From assembly GCA_973895155.1 (NCBI GenBank), contig OZ316893.1, positions 5,160,171-5,224,170 on the forward strand: DNA of 64,000 nucleotides, written 5' to 3'. Position numbers and translations under genes: made by a program. Source of the stretch: Marsupella aquatica (lineage: Eukaryota > Plantae > Marchantiophyta). Positions 1 to 13,200 of this stretch are shown here, piece after piece (the stretch's first letter is position 1; every line of letters begins with the position of its first letter). A model generated the notes under the pieces. That model did no database searches, was not told the DNA's origin, and saw only the letters and a list, made by a program, of their open reading frames with translations.

Positions 1-270
1 AGGTACAACTAAGTTGCACACTATATCATAAGAGGCATGTGTGCTTGGAGAGGTAGAACCAAGGCTCATTGTTATGGAGCCACTTGAGAGATAGGGAGAG
101 CTTACACTGTGGAGACTCGGTATAGCCGACGGGCTTAGAGTTCAGTAAAGCTCTCTTGTGTGTTCCCGTGGACGTAGCCTCAAGGAGGTGAACCACGTAT
201 CTCTTGTGTCGACTATTGTGCGTTGGATGGTTCATGGGCTTGCCGTTGCGATCGTCGTCTATACTCAACA
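1..270 (+). repeat. 5' LTR (partial) of copia element 1
   Basis: Near-identical to 5603-5872; followed by AT and the PBS. Confidence 0.95.
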
Positions 271-1212
271 ATTGGTATCAGAGCATGCTTGGGAGGTGAC
301 GTGTGTTCGTGACGGGATTTCATGATGGTTTTTCCAGCATTGAGTGTCGGTGGATTTCCCGGAGTTCCATCGCATGGAACTTGGAGTTTATGGGCTCAAC
401 GGATAGATCGGGGCAAGAGCTTTCTAACGGTGTGAAGAAATCGCTGAACGGAGCTCGTGGTGCAGAGAGATCTAAGTTTTTGTCATTCTGGATTTTGTGA
501 AGAAAGTTGGCAACATTCGTGTTCGACGGTTTTTTCGGAGGAGGGACCAGAGTTTGTTTTCTCGACGGTGTGAGCTCTACGGCGAAGGAGGCATCGCATG
601 CTGTAGCTCTGCTTGTAGATCGGGATGAGCTGTTTGTTTTGGTAGCTGATTTGTTACCAAGTGAGTACCGTGTGCGATGGGACGAGCAAAAGAAACATTC
701 TGATTTTCTGACCGGCTATGGAGTCCTCTTTTGCCTGATCGGGGTTTCTTGTCGTGACAATCAATTCAGAGGGAGAAGCGTCAAGTGTTTTGACTCAACG
801 GAGAGATTGAGGCAAGACGATTGTTTTGAGTCCGGGATTGGCTCTTTGATGCAAAGAGGAAGGCTAAGCAAAATCAATTACGCTGTTGGACTTGGTGACG
901 GCACCAAGTGCAATTGATCAACATTCGTTGTTAACAAGCCATTGAAGTTGGCAACGCGGCGCACCAATCACATTGCAATTCGGACGACGGGTTGTACTTG
1001 GTATTTCGGTTATTCCCTGAGGTGGTCAAAACGGGGGAGTTTCCCAAGGTTTTACCCACCTCGACCAAAATTTGGATAACTTTTCCGTCAAATTTCGATT
1101 TTGATTTTGGTTTTTCAGTATTGGACTCCTAGCTTTATGGGCTACGCGGCGGTGTTGAGTTTCGAGTTTTTTGAGAAGTTGTGAAAAATGACATTTTTTG
1201 TGATTTTCTCAT

Positions 1213-4200
1213 ATGAGTGATTTGGAGGAGTTTTTTGAAGACGTGGAACTTGAAGCACGAGGATCACCGCGGAGGTTTCAGGGGCAGAGAGAGGAGCAGG
1301 AGGAAGAGCACGTGACACCGATACCAACGCCGGTGCGGCGTGTGGTGGAGGAAGCAGTACTACTACCGGAGCTCACGGTAGTGCCAAAGAAGAAGATGGG
1401 GACTTTCAAGCTTGGGGGACCCAAGTATGAAGTGACAAAATATGATGGGCGCTCTGACTACTTGCTATGGGAGAAGCAAGTGAAGGGAGTGCTCTATGCG
1501 TCAGGGATGGGCCAACTGCTGAGCCCTCGTGAAGACGATGTTGATGAGAAACAATGGGACCGCATGCAGGAGCAGGGAGTGTGGTGTGTTACACTCTATC
1601 TCATGCCTCCCATCATACCATTTCATACAATGACGTGGTAAGTTCTCTGCTTAGTGATGATCTTCAGCAGAAGATGCACATCACGTCACAGCCTTCATCA
1701 TCTGGTGCTGCCCTCAATGTTAACCGTGGGAGGAGTATGCAGCGACCAACTGGGGACCGTAGAACCCAGTTTAGATCTAAATCCAGATCTAAGTCCAAGG
1801 GTAAATCCCCTCAGAGGAGGCAGGTGACATGTTGGAAGTGCAACCAAGTTGGACACTTCAAGCGAGACTGTAAGGGAAAGGCAGCAAAAACTTCATCGGC
1901 AAATGTGGCTAGGGCTGATGGAGAAGCTGATTTACTCAATGATGAGTATGTTTTATAAAGTCGAGGGTATGCCCTATGCACATCATCTAGGAGAGCAGAT
2001 GATGTGTGGATTCTTGATTGTGCTTGCTCTTTTCATATTTGTTACATTCGTGAGTTTTTCAGTTCTTACTCTGTTTCAAACGGTTCAGTTCTGATGGGAA
2101 ATGATCACTCCTGTCAAATTGAGGAAATTGGGTCTGTGAAGATTCAAATGTTTGATGGCGCTGTGCGCACAGTGTCCGGAGTCAGGTATGTACCTGGCAT
2201 GCGTAAGAATCTGATTTCACTCGGTGTGTTAAATGGTCATCAATGGAGCGTTATTGATGGTGAACTTCAAGTCAGGTCGGGAGAGACAGTGATTTTGAAG
2301 GGGAGTAGACAAAAGAATTCGTATGTATTACAGGGCAATACTGTATGTGGAGAGGCCAATGTAACCAAGTCTCACGAGGAGATGACTCAATTGTGGCATT
2401 CACGGCTAGGCCACATGAGTGAGAAGGGTTTGGCTATCTTACGGAAGAATGGACTCATTTCTGATTTGCAATCTTGTAAATTAGAGTTTTGTGAGCATTG
2501 CATTCTTGGAAAGCAGCATCGTCGTGCTTTTGGTGTTGGAACTCATCGTTCTAAAGCGGTTCTTGAGTACATACATAGTGACGTGTGGGGTCCATCTCCG
2601 ACTCCCTCACACTCTGGAAAGTTGTACTATGTATCATTTATTGATGATTACTCAAGATTTGTGTGGATTTATTTCATGACGCATAAGTCTGATGTCTTGT
2701 CCATTTTTAAGAAGTGGAAGGCCTAGGTAGAGAATCAGACTGGAAACACGATCAAGTGTTTGGATACAAGGGTGAAGAGTCTGAGGTCAGACAATGGCGG
2801 GGAGTACACTTCAATGGAATTTGAAGAGTACTGTTCAGAATAGGGGATAACTCGTCATCTCACCACAGTTTATACTCCGCAGCAGAATGGTGTCGTTGAG
2901 AGGCTCAATCGGACACTGTTGGAGCGGTCACGGAGTATGTTGAGCCAATCAGGTTTACCACAAGAATTTTGGGCAGAAGCTGTCAATACCGCAGCTTATT
3001 TGGTAAATCTTTCTCCTTCTAGTGCTATCAATTTCAAAACGCCGTTTGAGATGCGCTATAAGCGGCAAGCAGACTATCATGGCTTGGTAGTTTTTGGAAG
3101 TGATGCATATGCTCTCACACCAAAGCAGAATAGGACCAAGTTGGATCCTACCTCCAAGAAATGTGTTTTTCTTGGGTACCAGAGTGGTGTGAAAGCCTAT
3201 AGGCTATGGGATCCTATTGCCTGTAAGCTCGTTGTCAGTAGGGATGTTTCCTTCAATGAATCCAGATTATTGAAGGGGGGGGAGAATACTCAGGTCTCCC
3301 GTACTGACAAAGGAAAATCTCCTATCCCGGATCTCGTTGAGGGGGAGATTGGTTATGAGGTGCATGACCGGAGAGAAGGAGTTGCTCCAATTATGGAGCT
3401 GGTTCCTGTGCCAGAGGAACCAAAGGAGTTTGTTGATGCTGGTGAGCAACAAGTGGATGCTGTTGAGCTTCAAATTGTACCAGCACACGCAAATCAACCG
3501 GAGTCATCGGCTAGAAGAACATCTGGTCGCACTGTACGCGCTCCACCAAGGTATGGACAGTGGGTTGATTCATCTCAACTGCAAGAGGATGATTTTGCAA
3601 CTGATGATGAGGGTGATGCGTTAATTTTGGAAGAAGGGGAACCTTCTTCATTTCATGAGGCAAGTGCTTCAAAGGAGAAGCAAAAGTGGACTGCAGCAAT
3701 GCAAACGGAGATGCAGTCACTAAAGGACAACAAAACTTGGGAGCTTGTTAAGCTGCCTAAGGGTCAGCAAGTGGTGGACAGCAAGTGGATTTACAAGCTG
3801 AAGGATAATTCCATAGGAGGTGGATCGAAGGTCTACAAGGCTAGGTTGGTAGCAAAGGAATTCACACAAGAGAAAGGTGTGGATTACAATGAGGTCTTCT
3901 CACCAGTTGCTAAGTACTCTACAATACGACTATTATGTGTACTTGTTGTAATGTTTGGTCTGCTGCTAGATCAGATGGATGTTGTCACAGCTTTCCTCTA
4001 TGGCACATTGGAAGAGGTGATCTTCATGAGACAACCGCTAGGTTTTGTGAAGAGAGGACAAGAGGAATTGGTTTGCAGATTGCTGAAATCCTTGTATGGG
4101 TTGAAGCAGTCACCAAGACAGTGGAACAAGCGGTTTGACGATTGGATTCGGTCACAAGGTTTTCACAGAAGTGTATTTGACCCTTGTGTGTATTTGAAAC

Positions 4201-5225
4201 CGGTAAAGAATGTCGTCTTTGGGTTCATTGTTTTAGTACTTTATGTGGATGATATGCTAATTGCAGCCAATGATAGGTCTGAGATTGTTAAGCTCAAGGC
4301 ACTGCTTAGTGCAGAGTTTAAGATGAAGGACTTAGGGCCAGCTAAGAGGATTTTGGGTATGGAGATCACTAAGGACTTGGAGGCTGGCAAGCTATGGTTG
4401 ACGCAGAGCAATTATGCGAGGAAGGTAATTGCAAGGTTCAACATGGGGAATAGCAAGCCAGTAAGTACCCCGTTGGCTCCACACTTCAAGTTATCATCAG
4501 CGTTCTGTCCTACGGATGACACAGAGAAAGGGTTGATGTCAAAGGTTCCGTATGACAAGGCAGTGGGGAGTCTCATGTATTTGATGACTTGCACTAGACC
4601 TGATCTTGCCATGGCTATGGGCAAGGTGAGCAGGTACATGTCGAATCCAGGGAAGGTACACTGGGAAGTAGTGAAGTGGATTATTAGGTACTTGAAGGGT
4701 ACCATGGATCATGGTCTTTTATTTGATACGAATGCAAAGAATGCTAGATCATTGATTGGCTATGTAGATTCTGACTATGGACAAGATTTGGACCGAAGGA
4801 GATCAACAACAGGATACGTGTTCACACTTGGCGGTGGATGCATAAGTTGGAGGTCTACTTTGCAGAAGTGTATTGCTCAGTCTACTACAGAAGCGGAGTA
4901 TGTTGCAGCTACGGAAGCAGCAAAGGAAGCGATTTGGTTGGATAGACTTATCACTGAAATGGGATTGCCACAGGGGAATGTGAAGCTCCATTGTGATAGT
5001 CAAAGTGCGCTCCACCTTGCTGTGAACCAGGTGATGGACAGCAGAGTGAAGCACATTGACGTCAGGTACCATTTTATCAGGCAGACTGTGTCTGATAATT
5101 TGTTTGAGCTAGTCAAGATTGATGGTAAACTCAACCCGGCTGACGCATTTACCAAAGTGATTCCTTTGGAGAGTTTCTCTAGACACCGTGACGTATTGCA
5201 GGTTTTGCAATTGCATCACAAGTAG
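1213..5225 (+). pseudogene. gag-pol of copia element 1 (disrupted)
   Basis: Gag KYDGRSDYLLW; zinc knuckle CWKCNQVGHFKRDC; protease WILDCACSFH; GAG-pre-integrase LWHSRLGH; integrase HSDVWGP / RSDNGGEY; RT YVDD; RNase H. Frameshifting deletion near 1615; in-frame stops at 1956 (TAA) and 2724 (TAG). Confidence 0.93.
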
Positions 5226-5415
5226 AGTTTTCTTAACATTCATTGTAATTACTGATATATGCTCTTCCTCATTCCTATGTATTAGGCTACGGCTTAGTTC
5301 TGGTTTGCTCTAGTTAGAGAGGGAAACCGGTTTGGTTTTTGTCCAGAACTTCCTGCTGAGGGATCATATACATTGGCAGTATTACTCTCCCCTAGACCAG
5401 AGTCAAGGGGAAGAT

Positions 5416-5872
5416 TGTTGGGTATTTACTCTTACGTCTAGGTTAGGTATGACGTGGTTGGTACAACAACGTGGGTTGGTACAACTACGTGATTAGGTAA
5501 AACTATGTGGTTAGGTAAAACTACGTGATTAGGTACAACTACGTGATTAGGTACAACTATGTGGTTAGGTACAACTACGTGATTAGGTACAACTATGTGG
5601 TTAGGTACAACTAAGTTGCACACTATATCATAAGAGGCATGTGTGCTTGGAGAGGTAGAACCAAGGCTCATTGTTATGGAGCCACTTGAGAGATAGGGAG
5701 AGCTTACACTGTGGAGACTCGGTATAGTCGACGGGCTTAGAGTTCAGTAAAGCTCTCTTGTGTGTTCCCGTGGACGTAGCCTCAAGGAGGTGAACCACGT
5801 ATCTCTTGTGTCGACTATTGTGCGTTGGATGGTTCATGGGCTTGCCGTTGCGATCGTCGTCTATACTCATCA
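5416..5872 (+). repeat. 3' LTR of copia element 1, with an 18-bp tandem array (about 5455-5615)
   Basis: TG...CA ends, preceded by PPT; unit approximately TTAGGTACAACTACGTGA, about 8-9 copies. Confidence 0.93.
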
Positions 5873-7066
5873 CATATTCTGTCTAGATGTCCCCAAATTG
5901 GGGTCAAGTGCATCTTTGACACCCACAAACAGAAGAAAATAATCGATCTAGTCATATAAATACCTGATCAATCCCAAGCTCCTATTCCACCCCCATTGGG
6001 TCCAAAGAGCTGGTCCAAAGTAACCTGGAACAAACATCTGTAGTGGGTGTAGAGAGCATATTTGACACTCCTCAAGACTTCCCAAGAGGAGACTCCAAAG
6101 ACCCGTAGCAATGGTTGTGACCGTCCCTAATAAGAGAAATAAAGGGTGCGGAATTAACTTCAACCCTGCTTTTATTTGTTGGGTTATAATTAATAGCTAG
6201 TAAAACTTTTGTGGTCATAGGGCTTTCAAGCGTGACCTGCAACTTTCCGCCCTTGGGGGTCTCACTACATGGAGGCCTCTCTGTCACCTGAGACATTTTA
6301 GGCCTCATACCCCCTAAAATGTAAGGAATTAATCCATGGACCCCCATGTTCATCTAAGGAATGTGTGTGAGATGAAATGAAATCAATTTTCAGTAAGGCA
6401 ATAACCGATGGTTTTGAGTCTCCCCGTAGTCTTGGTTGAGATGATCTTTCTGGTTTATCAAATGAAAGGTTGGATGTGGAGGACTTGAGTTTTTTGACGA
6501 TTTTTGCTTACACATTGAACAAATCGTGTTCCTACCATTCCAGATTGATCTCTTGTGAGTTATGTTGAACATTACCACCACAACTAAAATAGACTGGAGG
6601 ACAACACTCGGTTGTTGGCAAAAGCAGTTTCTGGAGTCAGAGTGGGGCAACTTAACTTACCGGAGGAACGGAGGAGGGACATCGAGTTGATGGGTTACTT
6701 TGGACGTCAAATAATAGGTGGGTGCCAGCAGCACAAATTGACACCCCTTTAGACTAAGGAGGAGAAGGAGGGATAAATTTATTGAGTCAGAGTGGGGCAA
6801 CTTAAAGTACCGGAGAGACGGAGGAGGGACAGGGAGCTGATGGGTTTGGACCAGCGTTTTTTTTTGTGGCGAAAATTCGCTAGATTCCACCTCCCCAAAA
6901 ATCCTTCGCCACTTTTGGCTAAAATTTGCTACTATTTTGCTGGCTCATTAGCCAGTGTTTCACCTAATCCCAGGCTCCATTAGCCAGAATCTAATGGTCA
7001 GCCTTAAATCTAGGGAGATCTGACGGTCAAGGAAAATAATTGAATAGGGAATCTTCTGAGCATCTT

Positions 7067-7326
7067 CTCCCTCGCACACTTTACATTCGCCACTCTGGCT
7101 AAAAAGTGAAATCCTTAAAAGATACGCTGGTTTGGACGTCAATAGGCGGGTGCCAGGAGCTTATATGGTTTGACACGGCCGCCCCCCCCCCCCTCCCTCG
7201 CACACTTTACATTCGCCACTCTGGCTAAAAAGTGAAATCCTTAAAAGATACGCTGGTTTGGACGTCAATAGGCGGGTGCCAGGAGCTTATATGGTTTGAC
7301 ACGGCCGCCCCCCCCCCCCCCCCCCC
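7067..7326. repeat. 126-bp tandem duplication, each copy ending in a poly-C run
   Basis: CTCCCTCGCACACTTTAC...GACACGGCCGCCCCC starts at 7067 and again at 7193. Confidence 0.9.
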
Positions 7327-8273
7327 TCTTAGAAGAAGTAGGAGAGGAACTCAAGGAGAAGAGGAGGAAAGGAGAAAGAGGAGGACAGGAGAAGGAGGAG
7401 GAAATTTCTGGAGAGTGAGGGAGGCAACTAAACTTACGTATACCGGAGGGACGGAGGGAGGGATGGCGAGTTGAGCTACCTACCACCAGACTGTCCATGG
7501 ATGGATGGCGATCACATGGAACCATCCATAGGGGACACGCATCTCACATGGAACCAGTTCCGTCCCGGCGGATCGGGGGTCGCAAGGCCCGGCGTGCGTG
7601 CGCGCGCCAAGGTCGGGCAGCAGGCCCCCGGTGAAAATCCGATTGTTGTCTCCTGACTGTAGCTCTCGACCAACACAAGAAAATTTTGGTGCTGTTTCTT
7701 CTCGCTAGTACAATGTTCGTGGTGCCCCATGATCTGATGATTCTTGTCGAAGACAGTGCTTCTTCGATCAGATTTCGCAATCTGGATCGACCCGGTTGTT
7801 GTACAGTGCCTGCCTGCCCACCAAGCAGCAGGAGTGTGCATGCCCTCTTCCGTCATCACTGTCTCGTATGTATGCCGATAGGAACAATGATCAGCAGAAC
7901 TGGATCAAATATGAATTGAATTGAAGGCGTTGTTCCAGTTTTTCCAGTTACGTTCTTCCGAACGTCGCCCTCGGAAACCGAAGTCTACCGAGTGCGTTTA
8001 GCAATTATATGAGCATACAAGTGATCGATATATCAGACTGTATCTGTAACTCTACGTTCAACTTAGTGGTGCGAATTGGCTTGGAGGTGCATGTGGATGA
8101 TCTGAAGTACTGAAGTGAGAAGTGAAGTCTGTCTGCGACAGACAGCGCTCTTGTTTGCTCAAATTGAGGTATGATTGTGCGGAGCCGGGCAGCGCAGAAA
8201 GGGGCAGGGCTGGTGGGCGGGCTGACCCCACGCAGAAGAAATGAAATGCTTGTGCTAAACACATTGTACATTG

Positions 8274-8360
8274 CACCTCACCTCACCTCACCTCACCTCA
8301 CCTGATCACCTCACCGCATCGCATCGCACCGCAGTGCACCTCACCACGCCGCACCTCTCA
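8274..8360. repeat. (CACCT)n / (CGCAT)n microsatellite
   Basis: Seen directly. Confidence 0.85.
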
Positions 8361-10237
8361 CTCAATTACGCTGGACTACTACGAAGCGCTGGACTGGTAG
8401 TCTCTCCACCGCATTGCAATGCAGCGGCAGACTGCCTGCCTTGATTTGATGAAAACCTGGGCTGGGCTGGTTCGTGAGGAATGTCTTTCTGCTTTTCAGA
8501 TGTCGTAGCGTGTTGCGTGGGTGGTCAGGTAGCCAGCCTAGCACCGTAGCCCAGGTGGTGCGGGAGGCGGGCGGGCGGGCGTTGGAAGGAGAGGAGCGGA
8601 GTGGAGAAGAGAGGCGAGGAGAAGAGAGAGAAGAGGAGCGACAGTGGCTACCTCAGCCGTATTCTGTTGGTGGCAGGCTTAATTGATTGCATGCCTCTGT
8701 AGAAGAAGGAGGAGGAGGAGCAGGTAGCAAGGGGTGTGTCGGGCCGGAGAGGATTAATATATACTGGTAGCAGTGCGGCAATTGAATCCTCTTTCCTTTC
8801 TGAGTTGGGTTTCTTTCTGCACCCGGTCTGGCTGGCTGGCTGGCTGGCTAGCCTGATTGCTGCAAGCGAGCGAGAGAGGGAGACGGAGAGGGAGAAGGAG
8901 AAAGGGCTACTACTACCTAAGTGGTGGTGAGGAGAGAGGTCTGAGCCGAGAGACTGGGGGCCGGAAGGGGGGAAATCTCATCCAGAATCGGAGGAGAAGA
9001 TTTACTGTTTGGATTCTGAGAAGAGGAGAGAGTCTAGGAAGTAGGAGGTCTGGACGTGTGTAGCCGCTGATTGCATGCAGACTGGATATTCGAGGGAGGG
9101 ATTGGCGGAGGGAGTAACATTGAGACCCGGTGCTACGGGTGCTTCCTTGTCTGAGCTAATTGTGGGGAAAAGCCCGTCCAGTATCGCCGGAGAAGATTTC
9201 TTTCTTTACTTAGAGATTCTGACGACAGCTCTAGCTCGCATCGGTACGTAGACCATTGCAGAGCGCTTTTGCATGAAACCTGGGAAGAAAATTCTAAAGC
9301 TACGCAGGACGGTCGCGATATAGGGACGGGTAGAGTGGAATGTTCAGGAAAAGCTGGGCAGAAATCCAAGTTGTTGTTGTAGAGCTTGCGCTGATTCTGA
9401 AGAAGTGTTCACAAACGATGATGCATGATATGACTCTGAGCACGTAAATGTATCGGTGGGCTACGTGCAAACAGGCTGGGAAATGGTTAGTGAGGGATGA
9501 TGAGAGAGCGATAGGAGGGCTCTAGATTCTCGGGTGAGATTGAGAATTGAGTCCTGTGTCAAGAGCCCGGTCAAGAGAGTACTTATTGAACTCTCAGAGA
9601 TTTTCTAGACGTTGCATCATTCGTGACTGTGCACGTCTTGCTTGTTTGTCAAGTTCAAGAGGTACTACAAAGTAAGATTAGCTGTTCAACTTCAGGCCTC
9701 AAAGGGATCGAGCCTTAGGTTCTAAAGGAGAACTCAAGAGTCCTGGACCATTCCAGAACGCCGGAACGCGGAGGTCGCGCCCTCGTTACTGGTATTCTTT
9801 GTGTGTACCGCTTTGCTGATTGCGCCGAGAAGTATATTAATATGCTCAACTGAACACCAAGGTTGCATGGAAAGATGTAAGTGATTAGGTGGGAGACGAA
9901 TCTCCCATCCAGAGCGGTACGTTGGCGAATGCAAAACCAAAATTGGAGCCCGACAGGAAAATTAACCAATTTGCCGGTATGAAGTAACGTCGATTGAAAT
10001 TAAAGGCCAAGGATCCCGAGCCAAAAAGCATTTACAAATGCTGCAGCTAATTCGCTCGGTCTTGTAGTGCTTAGCAAAATCACATGCTGCTCCTGAACTG
10101 TTTCGGTCGATTGCGTATCCTGTTGTGGGGGTCCCTATCGATCGAGTAGCGTCTACTTCACCTCGCGCACACGTTTGTAGTATTTACACTAGGAAAGTCT
10201 CGGAGAAGATTTAGTCTGTTGTCAGAAATTAAAGGGG

Positions 10238-13200
10238 ATGAGCAGTAGTGGGGCACCGTGTGGGGCGTGCAAGTTTCTCCGGCGGAAATGCGTACGAGGG
10301 TGCATATTTGCACCCTACTTCGGAGCGGAGCAGGGTGCAGCTCGGTTTGCAGCAGTGCACAAGATCTTCGGGGCCAGCAACGTCGGCAAGCTACTCCTTC
10401 ACATCCCTTTGGGCAAGCGCTGTGATGCCGTCCTCACCATCAGCTATGAAGCGCAGGCTCGACTCTCAGATCCTGTATATGGTTGCGTCGCGACTATCTT
10501 CGCCCTCCAGCAGCAGGTATGCATTTCTCAAGTGCCCATTCCGCTCTCCACCTATGTATGAATCTACTCAACTCACATAAACCTCTTCATTACCTTCGTC
10601 ATGATCTCAAAACTCAGATATTTGCACACATATCCTCAGAATAAATGAACATTGATTCTCCGTCTCATTCTCGACACACGTAATTAGTATTCCTGAGAGG
10701 GAGTTGTCCTTTGGTTGGGTTTATCGTGCTCGCTCGGACGATGTTGACCCACTCTTTCTTCATCATAGATCGGCAGAGTTCAGTTAGAGCTCCGTTTACT
10801 GGCGCGCATGTGGGCACCACTATCTCTAGCTAGTCCGTTAACAGCAAGAGTCATTGTGAGCAATGCGGGCTAGGTTTTCGTGCTAGAGATGAATTGGTCT
10901 GATCTGACAAAGGACGAGCAACAGAATATTTCCAAGGTTGCCTAAGCTCATGGACTGTGATCGATCGAGTGGAACAATGTAACAGCCGTCGCGTCAGACT
11001 CGACTGCTTAAGGTCGATGGCTGAAAGCCATTATTGTGCACCAATAAGTAGTAGTTGAACATTAATATGGACGTCATTTGCCAGCAATGCATCAAATGCA
11101 TGAACTTTGACACTGACCTGCCCGTTAAGAAGTTTGCACAAAATTCTCCAGGGGATGAGGATTTTCTTTCCAGATACTGCCTACACAGGCGTGATCATAC
11201 AGTGTACACTCAGTACTAGGTAGTAGTCTGTTACCCACGATCGTCAAGGTGGAGTCCCATGGCAATTAAAGACTGTGGAGGATGATTAATTCCTCGCTCC
11301 AATTGCTTTCGTTTCATTCTTGAGTTTCTTCTGATGAAGATGACGTTAGACAACAAGAGAACTCGTTTTTCGCTCTATACTCTTCAACATTCGTTAATTC
11401 GCCCCGGTAGCTTCAGTAGATTCTGAGTTAACCATTGTCGTGAGTTGTTTGTCAAGAGCGACACTCAGAAAGAGAGAAGATCGAGCCAGCCGGCCTCTGC
11501 CTGACGCAAGTTTCTATGGATGCATGCATGCATTGCTCATGCTCGTCCCGTCCCCTACATCTCCAGCGAGCGTAACGTTTCCCAGCTACCATGAACTGAT
11601 TGACTGCTAAGGACAGACTGAGTGAAGCTCGTGGATTAGCCCGCCTGGATCGAGTTGGATTGAAGCTTTCTAGCGATCCGAACAATATTGGCCAGGTGAT
11701 GGACGCATGAAGTCTGTACTTGGACGTCGAAAAGGTTCTGCCCAATGTCTGTAGAGACTCGTGAACGCATCTCAACACCGTCTTGGTGGGACTACGATAA
11801 CCGCGCATGCAGATATGCCGAATCCCAACGGCTGTGCGCGTGCGTGTCTGTGCATATCCGACGAGATTTGTACTGTCTGGGCTGAAGGACTCTAGCTGCC
11901 AAGGTACCGTAATGCCCCAGCAACTTCCTGCAATGGCACCTGTGCTAGACCCAGCAGGCAGCAGCAGCAGCGGTTGTCACACAAATCAAATCAGTCTTAC
12001 GTCACATATATGCAATGACGTTCGGTCGTTTTCTGTCTGACTTTAAAGGAGAAGCTGCCTTGGACCGAGCCCAGGCATCTGCCTCCGGCCCTGCTGTTGT
12101 TTCAGGGTGGCTTTGGGCACTAAGATGATCAGCAATTTAGTTATCTTCGTCGGGGCTATCTCATCTCGTCTTCGTTCATGGCCATTTTCGATCAGGTGTG
12201 GCCGTCGGCAGCATCATATCCTCCACAGAAACCTTGAGCGGACTCGATCTGGGTACTGTGTAGACCCCCTTCCCTCCATTTGGTCCTCGGTCTGTTCAGT
12301 TCAAGTCAATCACACCGGTCGGAGACCGGTGGGCAGCAATAAAGCTGTTGACCTTACAGGAGATTCCTGAGTCACGGATGTTTTTGTTCCTGTTCCTGGG
12401 CAAGCAAGATCTCGTTGAGCACGGTACGTGAGCCAACTGACAACGATGTCTTCAATTGAGTCAACTGAAAGTATAGTAATTTGAGTAGGGGAGCGATGCA
12501 GCTGGCTTCCTCTACTGCGAACTCTTTCAGCGAACTAGCTAGATTCTCGGCCAGCCAGTTCACCAGGGAAGGCACGAACTCCACCAGCCAGGATTGACGC
12601 TGTTTCACAGCCATGATCACAAAGCCTCGAATTTTGCTGTCTGATTACGCAGCAACCCATTGATAGCAGTTAGTCGTTACTGTGGCAATCGACTGATCGA
12701 ACATGATGGAATTGTAGAGTCGAAGATTGCGCTGTCCTGAACTAGGTTTTCTAGGGACAACCACAACGCCTTTGCTCCGTTTCGAATGTCTTTGAAATGT
12801 CGCTCATATATTCAGGGCCTCAGCACTCTGAGTTTTACTTATTTGGACATACAGTTAGTTCAACTTCTTCTTGGTGTACAATCTATTGCAACATCCAAAA
12901 GCGCTTACGATGATGTGAGAGGTAGATCGTTATGCGAGTATATATTTCATAGCCTTCAAATCCGTGAAGAATGTTACCTTTGTTGGGCAATTAGCTCATT
13001 GAATGCCAAGAATTTCTTGTCTTCCTGGCATCCTTCAAAATAGCCAATAATTATGTCTGAGCGTTTCGGATGATTTCAGTTCGTATTCCAAAGAGACAAG
13101 GGTAGTGTACTGGACTGGTAAGAAGCTAAAATTTACTTTCCTCTCACTGTCTAGATTATGACATTCCAACTTGGACCAAACCATGATCCTTAACTTTGAG

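Larger units (their letters stand above)
1..5872 (+). mobile_element. Ty1/copia LTR retrotransposon (Tork/Tnt1-like), degenerate; 5' LTR cut by window edge
   Basis: 5' LTR ends ...CTCAACA at 270; PBS TGGTATCAGAGC (tRNA-iMet) 273-284; gag-PR-INT-RT-RH order; PPT AAGGGGAAGA just before the 3' LTR 5416(TG)-5872(CA). The shared LTR parts differ at about 2 positions in 270 bp. Confidence 0.96.

Noticed and set aside
1956-1958. Possible programmed gag-pol readthrough stop in copia 1
   Set aside because: The related copia 3 is open across the equivalent stretch; a point mutation is simpler
5438-5671. Minus-strand ORF with VVPNHV repeats
   Set aside because: Translation of the 18-bp LTR tandem array, not a gene
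7600-10237. Scattered TGTCTC/TGTCGG auxin-response hexamers upstream of LBD
   Set aside because: Few and unpaired; not distinguishable from chance without data
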